Part shown: piece after piece, positions 26,322-34,274 of the stretch
Layout of the letters: each line of letters starts with the position of its first letter
How positions within the stretch are numbered: position 1 is the first letter of the stretch
DNA from: Candidatus Moraniibacteriota bacterium
GTDB taxonomy: Bacteria; Patescibacteriota; Minisyncoccia; Moranbacterales; UBA1568
DNA: 55,804 nt
NCBI GenBank assembly: GCA_023261695.1
Contig: JAHFON010000004.1
Span: forward strand, 1 to 55,804
Reading direction: 5' to 3'
Notes under the pieces: generated by a model
What the model was told of the DNA's origin: nothing
Database searches by the model: none
Seen by the model: only the letters and a program-made list of their open reading frames with translations
Translations under genes and position numbers: made by a program

Positions 26322-27593
26322 TTACTTTACTAAGTCTTCAAGCAACCATTTCCATAGTGGCTTGAACTGTATGGTTTTTCCATCCTTCTTGACTTCGCGC
26401 TCTTCGTCCCATGTCAGCACGGTAAGTTTATTAACTTTCAATTCCTCGCTTGCTTCAAATAATGCTTTTGTCTCACGTTGTTCCACGTCGGAATTTCTCA
26501 AATCGTAGCAAACTTGAATAAGTTCAGATGTCTGGTAACCATTACGGATTGCAAAGTCAACCTCTCGACCGTTGCGAGTCTTGTAATAAAACAATTCCCG
26601 GTTCGGCTCAAAACATTTTTTCACCAGTTCGGTAAAAACCAGATTCTCCATGAGTTTGCCATTGTCGGGAGAATGTTGAACAGCCTTAGATGTGACGAAG
26701 CCGTTATCAACCGTGTAAATCTTTTTTGGCGAGCGGAGACGTTCACCGGCTTTTGCGGAAAAACCGGAGAGAGAAAATACAACGTACGCTTCTTCAAGAT
26801 ATTTAAGATACCGCTCAAGGGTCACGCCGCTTTTAAATTTCAAAATATTCGCGAGCTTCCGGAAACTGTATTGATTAGAAACATTATTTATCAAGTATGA
26901 GCCGAGCTGGTCTATTTGCTCGGAAAAACGAACCTTGTGGCGCTTTACAACGTCCTTAAATAACAATGCGTCAAAGAGTACATCCAAATAACCCCGCGGA
27001 TGTTGATTTTTTATCACCACTTCCGGAAAGCCGCCGAACGCCATGTATTGTTCGAGCAACTTCAACAGTTCTGATTTTTGATCAAGCTGGGAAAAGTTTT
27101 TAGCTTTGAGAAATTCGTGAAAATCGAATGGCAATATTTCTATCGGCAGATGTCTTCCGGTCAAATGGGTCGCAAGTTCCATCGACAAAAGATTGGCGTT
27201 TGATCCGGTTAGCACGAGATTATACCCTCCTCGATGCAGACGGTTGGCAAACAACTCCCAGCCCTTTAGGTTTTGTATTTCATCAAACAAAACAAACTTA
27301 GTATCTCCGTAGAACCGATGCAATTCGTCCGTTAGTGCATATAAGTCTAATTTCTCTCCCACCAAACCCGGGTCATCAAAATTGAAGTAGGCAAATTTTT
27401 GGTCTTTGAGCATCATGAGAGAAAAAACCGATTTGCCGGCGCGACGTGGACCGAGAATGACTTTTATCAAATCTGAAGACATCCACTTGGGCGCATCTTT
27501 CAGCTTCGTCCTCTCCACATAATCCAAACCAGCTAGGGCTTCTTTCTCCCCGTTTTGCTTGGATATTAGCTCTTGTAACTTGCTTTTTTGCAT
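26322..27593 (-). CDS. AAA-family ATPase with DUF4143-type C-terminal domain
   Basis: Walker A is ILGPRRAGKSVF and Walker B is FVLFDEIQN. The C-terminal portion (EVDFAI...) is typical of the archaeal/CPR ATPase-DUF4143 family. It is the first gene of the co-directional block. Confidence 0.75.
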   Translation of the reverse strand: MQKSKLQELISKQNGEKEALAGLDYVERTKLKDAPKWMSSDLIKVILGPRRAGKSVFSLMMLKDQKFAYFNFDDPGLVGEKLDLYALTDELHRFYGDTKFVLFDEIQNLKGWELFANRLHRGGYNLVLTGSNANLLSMELATHLTGRHLPIEILPFDFHEFLKAKNFSQLDQKSELLKLLEQYMAFGGFPEVVIKNQHPRGYLDVLFDALLFKDVVKRHKVRFSEQIDQLGSYLINNVSNQYSFRKLANILKFKSGVTLERYLKYLEEAYVVFSLSGFSAKAGERLRSPKKIYTVDNGFVTSKAVQHSPDNGKLMENLVFTELVKKCFEPNRELFYYKTRNGREVDFAIRNGYQTSELIQVCYDLRNSDVEQRETKALFEASEELKVNKLTVLTWDEEREVKKDGKTIQFKPLWKWLLEDLVK

Positions 27594-27644
27594 AGTATTT
27601 TAATCATATTAAGCATTATTTGCCTTTTTTGCTCATTACAAGTA

Positions 27645-28655
27645 TTATAGTATGCATAAAAGGGAAATACAAGAGGTGTCCTGATGCTTCATAAGAAATT
27701 CCTCTATGCTTTTTTCTACCGCTTCAACATTATGGCATTGCATCAATTGCGCGCGCAATTCTTTAGCTTGTGGAAAATGATTCGCATACGCCTGATAATG
27801 TTTTTTCATCAATTCAAAACCTTTCATATTTCCCCAGACTTCTTCAAATAACTTCGTGTGTTCAACGGCAACACGTAATTTTTCTTCTACTGTTACGTTC
27901 TGCTTTTCCTTGTCAAACAGCCACGGATTGCCGAATATCGCGCGGCCGAGCATCACCCCGTCACAACCAGTTTCACGTACTTTGCTTTCCGCGTCGGCAA
28001 GATCTGTCACATCGCCATTGCCGATGATAAGAGTGCCGCTCCCCCGCGCAATCTCCACGGCTCTCCTTAATCTCTCCCAGCGCGCCGGCACTTGGGACAT
28101 TTCTTTTTTGGTGCGCGCATGCACCGTAATCGCCGCGGGTTTTGCTTCCATTAGATTTGGAAGCCAGGTTTCTAAATTATCTTCGTTGAATCCGAGACGC
28201 GTCTTTACAGAAATAGGCAATTCCTTACCGGCCGCCTTTGATCCTTCACGCGTGGCAATTATCAATTGTTTCGCCAGTTCCGGGTTTCGCATACACATCG
28301 CTCCCGCGCCCTGTTTCATCACGTTTTTATCCGGGCATCCCATATTGATATCAATACCATCAAAACCCAGTTCAGTCACAAGTTTCGCCGCTAAAAACAT
28401 TTTCTCGGGATGCGCCGTAAAAAGTTGTGTGACTATAGGCCGCTCACTTTCGGTAAACCACAAGTCACGAAGCAATGCCCATCGCCCCTGCGGATGGCAA
28501 AGTCCTTCCGCCGAAACGAATTCCGTCCAAACCACATCCGGCTTTCCATACATGGCAATCACGCGGCGAAAAACCGCGTCCGTGACATTAGCCATCGGCG
28601 CCGATACAAAAAACGGCTTCTTCAGCGTTTCCCAAAATCCGAGATGTGGCTTCAT
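27645..28655 (-). CDS. tRNA-dihydrouridine synthase (Dus family)
   Basis: FVSAPMANVTDAVFRRV, GIDINMGCP, VKTRLG and AITVHARTK are Dus/FMN TIM-barrel motifs. Confidence 0.9.
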   Translation of the reverse strand: MKPHLGFWETLKKPFFVSAPMANVTDAVFRRVIAMYGKPDVVWTEFVSAEGLCHPQGRWALLRDLWFTESERPIVTQLFTAHPEKMFLAAKLVTELGFDGIDINMGCPDKNVMKQGAGAMCMRNPELAKQLIIATREGSKAAGKELPISVKTRLGFNEDNLETWLPNLMEAKPAAITVHARTKKEMSQVPARWERLRRAVEIARGSGTLIIGNGDVTDLADAESKVRETGCDGVMLGRAIFGNPWLFDKEKQNVTVEEKLRVAVEHTKLFEEVWGNMKGFELMKKHYQAYANHFPQAKELRAQLMQCHNVEAVEKSIEEFLMKHQDTSCISLLCIL

Positions 28656-28667
28656 ATCACAAATAAC

Positions 28668-29405
28668 TCAACTAATCCGCGCCAATTCATCACGCAAAAG
28701 CATCAGCATTTCCCGCTTCAGCGTTTTCCGTACGCGAGAAAACGTATCATAGGGAAGAAGCACGTTCAGGTCTTGATTTATCACCTTGTCCGTCACATGG
28801 GTCTCAATAAATTTAATCAGGTCAGCAAAAAATATGTCTGTATCTTTGCCTGTGCGCTCTCTGATTACCTCTTCGTTATACCTAAGTCCATTCAGAAAGA
28901 AATGACGAATGTCATATACATCACGTCCGGCAATTGACTCGTGCTTATCATAGCGATCCATAAGCGCAACAAGTTTATTAGCTAGCATAGTGTCTGGTGT
29001 TTGACAAAAAATGATGCGGTCAATTTCAGAAAATCTCCGCGCTTCATAACGATTTGATTTCGGAGGCGGAAATGTAGCGTCCACTTTAAGCGTATTTCGT
29101 TCGCCCTCTTTCGCTTCATACTTCAAAAAGTATTGAAGCGCAACTTTACTCTGGTCTCGCACTATAAGCGAAAGATTCCGAAAAATTATCTCCATCCGGC
29201 GGCGCGTCTCTGGAATATCTTTTTTTTCCCCCGTAAAATCAAAGTCAAGATCTACAGAAAAGCGGTCAAGAAGTCCAAGCATCGCAGCGCATGTTCCTCC
29301 TTTGAACGCAATTCTACTCGCAATAAAAGCGTCATCGCTTATCCCTGTAAGCGTTCGGAATAGCCATGCTTTATGAATTGCGTCTTTTGGGTTTGGAAGA
29401 ATCAT
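28668..29405 (-). CDS. AbiEii/AbiGii-family nucleotidyltransferase toxin (type IV TA / abortive infection)
   Basis: FKGGTCAAMLGLLDRFSVDLDFDF is the hallmark NTase motif of the AbiEii (DUF1814) family. It sits directly downstream of an AbiEi-like gene. Confidence 0.8.
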   Translation of the reverse strand: MILPNPKDAIHKAWLFRTLTGISDDAFIASRIAFKGGTCAAMLGLLDRFSVDLDFDFTGEKKDIPETRRRMEIIFRNLSLIVRDQSKVALQYFLKYEAKEGERNTLKVDATFPPPKSNRYEARRFSEIDRIIFCQTPDTMLANKLVALMDRYDKHESIAGRDVYDIRHFFLNGLRYNEEVIRERTGKDTDIFFADLIKFIETHVTDKVINQDLNVLLPYDTFSRVRKTLKREMLMLLRDELARIS

Positions 29406-29416
29406 GGCAGTTGTTT

Positions 29417-30067
29417 CTATATTCGCTGGGTATATCGTTCTGGGGTAAGCGGATACCCGACGTGCTCTTGCAAGGATTTTACTTTTTCCCAGTCAACAAG
29501 AGCGGCGCCATCAAGATAAATATGGCGGTGAAAATACAGGATGTCGGCAACGGCGCGCTCGACAGATGCTTTGCGAACACCGTTAACCTCCGTCACAATC
29601 CCGTCAGATTGATATAAAAACTTATCAGCAAGTTTGCGCGAAAGGTAGCGGCTATCCCCGACAGAAAAATGTTTAGTCGCCATCCCCACCAAAGTCACGG
29701 CGGAAAGCGTTTGCTGGATGATTCCATTCTCAATAAGGATTGTCTCCGTGCTCACATACGCATACCCGTGAAGCGCCTTGATACCAAGAAGAAGCCGATC
29801 AACTTCTCCAATCGGTTTGATAGCATAAAATCCTTTATAGATACGGAACAAAAGCCCCTGCCGTACATATCGCTTGAGCGTGGTATAAAGCGTGTTGCTG
29901 TTTTGGATTCCCCACAAGTTCGCCAGGTCTTTCGTATGAAAAATCATCTCTCCAATTTTTGCTAAATCAGAAAACCGCTTCAAATATTGGCTTTTTGACC
30001 CAACCTTTACGCCTATGCTTCTATTTGTGATTGTTTTATCTGTACTCATAAGTACAGGATAAATCAT
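29417..30067 (-). CDS. AbiEi-family antitoxin/transcriptional regulator
   Basis: The N-terminal wHTH-like block FHTKDLANLWGIQNSNTLYTTLKRYVRQGLLFRIYKGFYAI is typical of AbiEi. It is paired with AbiEii with an 11-nt gap. Confidence 0.75.
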   Translation of the reverse strand: MIYPVLMSTDKTITNRSIGVKVGSKSQYLKRFSDLAKIGEMIFHTKDLANLWGIQNSNTLYTTLKRYVRQGLLFRIYKGFYAIKPIGEVDRLLLGIKALHGYAYVSTETILIENGIIQQTLSAVTLVGMATKHFSVGDSRYLSRKLADKFLYQSDGIVTEVNGVRKASVERAVADILYFHRHIYLDGAALVDWEKVKSLQEHVGYPLTPERYTQRI

Positions 30068-30131
30068 TTAAGCTGCAAAGTCAAGTTTGCTTTTTATATT
30101 TTATACGCCAACGAGTGGATAAGATAAAAGC

Positions 30132-30165
30132 TTGACAAGAGAGAGAGAGAGAGAGAGAGTAAAAT
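30132..30165 (+). promoter_or_regulatory. Sigma-70-like promoter with a dinucleotide-repeat spacer
   Basis: TTGACA (30132-30137) is followed by a 22-nt spacer made entirely of (AG)11, then TAAAAT (30160-30165). It lies 70 nt upstream of the 593-aa ORF. The spacer is 4-5 nt longer than the 17-18 nt optimum. Confidence 0.6.
30138..30159. repeat. (AG)11 microsatellite (polypurine/polypyrimidine mirror repeat)
   Basis: Counted directly: 11 perfect AG units between the -35 and -10 hexamers. Confidence 0.98.
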
Positions 30166-30234
30166 GCGGTTAAAGTTGGAGAGGATTTTTTGTTGTTTCA
30201 TTGTTTCAATATTAATCAGTAATCTAAAAAAATT

Positions 30235-32016
30235 ATGTTAAAGTCTCCGGAACAATTTGATTTTTCTAAAAAACAAGATCAACAAAAGTTTGATAGATTA
30301 CCAGTAGAAGAGAAAGGGTCTGTTGCGGAGGAAGCATTTGATGAAGCGGCTTTAATAAACAACATGGTTGCTAACGATTTGTGCGGTAGTTATACGGTAG
30401 CTGATAGAATTGTAGAGAAACTAAAATCAAATAAGGGTTTTTCTGCAGAAGTCGCTAATAAGGCTGTAGAAACAGCACAAAAGATTGACGATGAATTAAT
30501 GGAAGTTAAGTTTAACAAATCCGAAATAGAGACGTCATTGAAACGCATTTCTAAAAAAAAGAAAGAATTGTTGGATGCATCTAAATTTTTTGTTTCCGAT
30601 TGTCACGAGGCTAGCAGGGCTGTTTTTTTAGAACATCTTTCGCAAATATATCCGGAATTAGTAACTATAGCCAGCCAAATAGAAGAAGACAAACTTATTC
30701 CTTTCTCTTCAGAAGATTGGAAACAAAACAAACAACGATCTGATGAAAACTATACGCTATTGCGAGAAAAAATAATCTCGTTGGCTTCAAACATTGAAGA
30801 ACGTTTATCTTTGACATTGGCATTAAATGCTCTTGATAATTTAGATAGGCGTGCCTGGAATCCTATGATGGCAAGCTCTCCGGCAGAATTTGTTAAAGCA
30901 GTAAGTAATATGGGGCTAAAAAAATATTTCAAAAAAGAGATAAACTATAAGACCTATAATGAGTATGATCTTGATACCACACAATATCATTTTGATTGGT
31001 GGGATAGTGAGATAATGCACAAACTGATTAAAAAAGTAGGGTTATTGAATAAAGAAGATGCAGGAAAATATATAGGTTACTTTGAACAACTGGTATCATT
31101 AAAAGACGAAGAGGAAAAATTAAACAAAAGAAAAGAAAATTTACAAAAAAAAAGAGATGTCCAGCGTTCTTTGTGCACTCTTGGTTTTAACTTAGGAATA
31201 TTAAATGAAAAATCATGGGCGGCGGGATTTATTGATAACGATGAATCGCGACGCATAAAAGACTTGGTATTTGATGAAAAAGAACAACTAGTAGCATACA
31301 TTAAAAGTGTTTCTAATCATAGCGCGGCGTTTAGCGGATCTGGCGGGTCGGAATATGGCACCAAAATTGTGGTTTTTAGAGATAATCCAAGCAACCAAGT
31401 TTCTGAATATGTGAAATGGCGAGACGCCTACAGCGCGAGCAGGGATAATCCCGCATTAGATTTTGATAAAATTGAAATTGCCGGAATTACAGCTGATACT
31501 GTAAGCGTTCATTTATTTACTCAAGGATCGCATATTCACACAATTGAGTTTCCATTAAAGAAATCAGCAAAAAAGGAGAGGGTTGTTTTTAGTGAAGAAG
31601 AATCTGAAAAATGGCTGGGTGATTACAAAAAAATTGAAGAAGAAACGAGGAAATCAAGTGGCATAAAAGGTTTTATGCCAGTATATGTAGATCTTAAATA
31701 TTACGAAGGCCCCTCCCTTGCTGTCGGGGAGGATACGTCCAGGATGATTCCTTACCGCGAACCAATGGTTCTTAATCGCAAAGTGAATGAAAAGTTGGGA
31801 ATAGGCACGTTTGTTGTTATGTCCCAGATTGATCATGATATGTGGAAAGGAAAAGAATTCAGATATGAGGGCTGGGGCATTGATCGATCTGGCAAGAAAA
31901 CAAGATTATTCCTGCAAAACGCCTATGAGGATCAATTGCGTGGCAGCAGCAGAGTTGCTATTGATGTTACTGCCGAAGAGCTCTTTGAGCGTATGCAAAA
32001 AGAATTAGAGAAATAA
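30235..32016 (+). CDS. Hypothetical protein (593 aa), no recognised domain
   Basis: A long clean ORF in an AT-rich segment; the line at 30241 has 16/60 G+C. The N-terminal half looks helical or coiled-coil (charged heptad-like runs) and the C-terminal half looks beta-rich. There is no signal peptide, no transmembrane helix and no catalytic motif that I recognise. Confidence 0.7.
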   Translation: MLKSPEQFDFSKKQDQQKFDRLPVEEKGSVAEEAFDEAALINNMVANDLCGSYTVADRIVEKLKSNKGFSAEVANKAVETAQKIDDELMEVKFNKSEIETSLKRISKKKKELLDASKFFVSDCHEASRAVFLEHLSQIYPELVTIASQIEEDKLIPFSSEDWKQNKQRSDENYTLLREKIISLASNIEERLSLTLALNALDNLDRRAWNPMMASSPAEFVKAVSNMGLKKYFKKEINYKTYNEYDLDTTQYHFDWWDSEIMHKLIKKVGLLNKEDAGKYIGYFEQLVSLKDEEEKLNKRKENLQKKRDVQRSLCTLGFNLGILNEKSWAAGFIDNDESRRIKDLVFDEKEQLVAYIKSVSNHSAAFSGSGGSEYGTKIVVFRDNPSNQVSEYVKWRDAYSASRDNPALDFDKIEIAGITADTVSVHLFTQGSHIHTIEFPLKKSAKKERVVFSEEESEKWLGDYKKIEEETRKSSGIKGFMPVYVDLKYYEGPSLAVGEDTSRMIPYREPMVLNRKVNEKLGIGTFVVMSQIDHDMWKGKEFRYEGWGIDRSGKKTRLFLQNAYEDQLRGSSRVAIDVTAEELFERMQKELEK

Positions 32017-32033
32017 CATTAAACTAATTCGTT

Positions 32034-32471
32034 ATGAAAAACTTCGAAAGACCGGAAATTGGTACAAAGAAATCTAAAAAGCCTGTTGATAGTGGAAAAG
32101 AAAAACAAGAACAGACAAGTTTTAAAATCCTGATTGTGGATGATCAAGCTGGTCTTTATAGTTTCGGGAGAAATAAAAATGTCATACTGGCTGAAAATAC
32201 CACAGAGGCGGAACAGCACCTTAAATCTGGCGGATTTGATGTTGTACTATTGGATGGACACCTTGACCAAAATGATGTTTTTGAGAATGGTCCGGATGCG
32301 CTTACGCATTGGATAGAGGAAGGGGTAAGTCTCCCTCCAGTTTTTATGATGTCTGCCGATGAAAAAATGCAACAGAAAGGCATTGAAGCTGGAGCGAAAG
32401 GAGCTATCAAAAAATCTCTTCTTCATTCAGGAGACATAGCAGAGATAGAAAAAGCTGTAAAAGCATTGTAA
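32034..32471 (+). CDS. Stand-alone response-regulator receiver (REC/CheY-like) domain protein
   Basis: KILIVDDQ (acidic pocket), DVVLLDGHL (phospho-acceptor Asp context), PPVFMMSAD and GAKGAIKK fit the REC fold. There is no output domain and no histidine kinase in the window. Confidence 0.75.
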   Translation: MKNFERPEIGTKKSKKPVDSGKEKQEQTSFKILIVDDQAGLYSFGRNKNVILAENTTEAEQHLKSGGFDVVLLDGHLDQNDVFENGPDALTHWIEEGVSLPPVFMMSADEKMQQKGIEAGAKGAIKKSLLHSGDIAEIEKAVKAL

Positions 32472-32546
32472 TATAAAATGACAGGAGTTCTTTAGCGTGG
32501 TTTCTTTTTGTTGTCATAACCCATGACAGCAAAGGAGGTAATTCCA

Positions 32547-32918
32547 ATGCCAGTTCTTACTGAATCGGAAGTGAGAAAACTTATTGACCAAATTGGCCCG
32601 CACATTGACAGTTGTTACGATCACACCTATCCTCCGCAATTTCCGGAAGGCAGGCAAAATGTTTGTGCCGTAAAACGATTGGCGGAGGACGGCGACAATT
32701 ATGGATATGACACTATTTATGTGGTGTGGAGAACTTCAGATGATCAAGTCAAATATCGCGAGATTTTAAATTCCAAAAGCGATAAAGACTATCTTCACAT
32801 TGAAGCGATCCGTGTAGACAATGGTTCTTTAGTGGTAGAAGTTGGGAGTGGCGGATCGTTCAGTGGGCATCCGTGGAAACTGACGTACCAAATTCCGTTG
32901 CAAAGTCTCTACTTATAA
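32547..32918 (+). CDS. Hypothetical protein (about 123 aa)
   Basis: A strong Shine-Dalgarno sequence AAGGAGG (32532-32538) lies 8 nt before ATG 32547 (MPVLTESEV). The ORF track starts at 32523. By eye there is weak resemblance to the C-terminal part of the 593-aa protein. Confidence 0.65.
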   Translation: MPVLTESEVRKLIDQIGPHIDSCYDHTYPPQFPEGRQNVCAVKRLAEDGDNYGYDTIYVVWRTSDDQVKYREILNSKSDKDYLHIEAIRVDNGSLVVEVGSGGSFSGHPWKLTYQIPLQSLYL

Positions 32919-32960
32919 TCTTTTCCAATGCGTATTTCTTGTCAGAAATAAAAGCCATCA

Positions 32961-32998
32961 GCGCCGACGAAGGATAATGCCATCGTCGGCGCTTTTAA
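32961..32998 (+). terminator. Intrinsic terminator of the orphan three-gene unit
   Basis: GCGCCGACGA, a 12-nt loop, then TCGTCGGCGC (10 bp, perfect), followed by TTTTAATT. Confidence 0.85.
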
Positions 32999-33085
32999 TT
33001 ATTTATTTTGGAAGCTCGGATTCCCGCTTTCGCGGGAATGATAGAGAGCTTGTTAGAAGTGGCTTCATTGTAAAAAAATTTCAAT

Positions 33086-33145
33086 TTGACATTCTTTTTA
33101 TTCCTATGTTATTCTAATTCGGACAATTTGAGTCTGAATTAGAAT
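33086..33145 (+). promoter_or_regulatory. suf operon promoter with candidate Rrf2 operator
   Basis: TTGACA (33086-33091), a 17-18 nt spacer, then TTATTC/TATTCT. A perfect 10-bp inverted repeat ATTCTAATTC (33111-33120), 15 nt, GAATTAGAAT (33136-33145) overlaps the -10 and abuts the Rrf2 ATG. Confidence 0.55.
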
Positions 33146-33553
33146 ATGAAAATTTCAAAAAGGGCTTATTATGGCCTGCGCGCCGTGGTAGCTCTCGCGC
33201 AAACCAACCAAGCCCTGTCCATTCACACGCTCGCGGAAACGGAGAAACTGCCTCAAGATTATTTGGAAAAGATTCTCCAGAATTTACGTAAGGCTGACAT
33301 ACTAAAATCCAAAAAGGGCATTGCTGGGGGCTATGTTTTGGCGCGCGCCGCAAAAAATATCAGCGTTTGGAATGTAATTTCCCAGCTTGACGGGCCAATC
33401 AAAACATTCTCTTCCATCAAAGGCTCTCTCCCCTGCCTGCAAGTCAGCCATTGCCAGACGAACGAGGTATGGAGAATGCTCGAGCAGAAGATAGAGAAAA
33501 CTCTCTCCGACATTTCTATCGCCAATCTTATTCCAAAAAATATTTCTCGCTAA
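33146..33553 (+). CDS. Rrf2-family transcriptional regulator (IscR/SufR-like role)
   Basis: MKISKRAYYGLRAVVALAQ...LSIHTLAETEKLPQDYLEKILQNLRKADILKSKKGIAGGYVLAR is the canonical Rrf2 wHTH. It is the first gene of the suf cluster. Confidence 0.9.
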   Translation: MKISKRAYYGLRAVVALAQTNQALSIHTLAETEKLPQDYLEKILQNLRKADILKSKKGIAGGYVLARAAKNISVWNVISQLDGPIKTFSSIKGSLPCLQVSHCQTNEVWRMLEQKIEKTLSDISIANLIPKNISR

Positions 33554-33560
33554 ACCGCCT

Positions 33561-34274
33561 ATGATTTCCATAAAAAATCTTTCTGTCTCCATCGAGGGCA
33601 AAAAAATCCTCAATGATATCTCGTTTGATTTCAAGACTGGCAAAACCTACGCGCTGATGGGTCCCAATGGTTCCGGCAAATCCACATTCGCCAGCGCCAT
33701 TATGGGACATCCCGACATCAGTTACTCCAGCGCGTCCAAAATACTCTTTGATAAGAGAAATATAAAAAACCTCTCCGCGGATAAGCGAGCTAATCTGGGG
33801 ATTTTCTTGTCTTTTCAAACACCGCTGGAACTTCCGGGCGTAAGCGTTTTCGCCCTTCTGCGGCTGGCGCTGGAGAAAAAAATAACGCCGATCGCTTTGC
33901 GTGAAAAGATCAAAGTTTACGCCGCCGAACTGCATATCAAAGAAGAACTGCTGAAGCGGTCGCTTAATGACGGATTTTCCGGCGGAGAAAAGAAAAAATT
34001 GGAAGCTCTGCAAGCGGTAATGCTTACACCCCGCTTCGCGCTTTTTGATGAAATTGATACTGGCGTGGACACGGACGCCATAAAAATTATCGCGCGCTTT
34101 TTGAAAAAATATCTGTCACCCAAAACCACTTCCGTGTTTATCACTCATTCAACGCGATTTATGCGTTATACGCAACCGCAAGAAGTACTGGTAATAAAAG
34201 ACGGTCGCCTCGTAAAAACCGGAAAAGATACATTGGCCAAAAAAATTGAAAGGGATGGTTTTAAAAATTTATGA
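33561..34274 (+). CDS. sufC: Fe-S cluster assembly ATPase SufC
   Basis: Walker A is GPNGSGKST. The ABC signature FSGGEKKK and Walker B ALFDEIDTGVD are present. Position and length are typical. Confidence 0.93.
   Translation: MISIKNLSVSIEGKKILNDISFDFKTGKTYALMGPNGSGKSTFASAIMGHPDISYSSASKILFDKRNIKNLSADKRANLGIFLSFQTPLELPGVSVFALLRLALEKKITPIALREKIKVYAAELHIKEELLKRSLNDGFSGGEKKKLEALQAVMLTPRFALFDEIDTGVDTDAIKIIARFLKKYLSPKTTSVFITHSTRFMRYTQPQEVLVIKDGRLVKTGKDTLAKKIERDGFKNL

Noticed and set aside
25655-27593. Treating RadC and the AAA/DUF4143 ATPase as definite components of the defence system.
   Set aside because: They are co-directional and tightly spaced with the MTase genes. However, both families are widespread as stand-alone or housekeeping-like genes, and their G+C (about 40% in the lines counted) is intermediate. 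Membership is plausible but unproven, so the core claim is restricted to 18978-25643.
33019-33038. The hairpin ATTCCCGC-tttc-GCGGGAAT between the orphan-trio terminator and the suf promoter.
   Set aside because: This 8-bp stem has no flanking U-tract on either strand and no obvious partner site. A proper terminator already lies at 32961-32998. There is insufficient evidence for a function.
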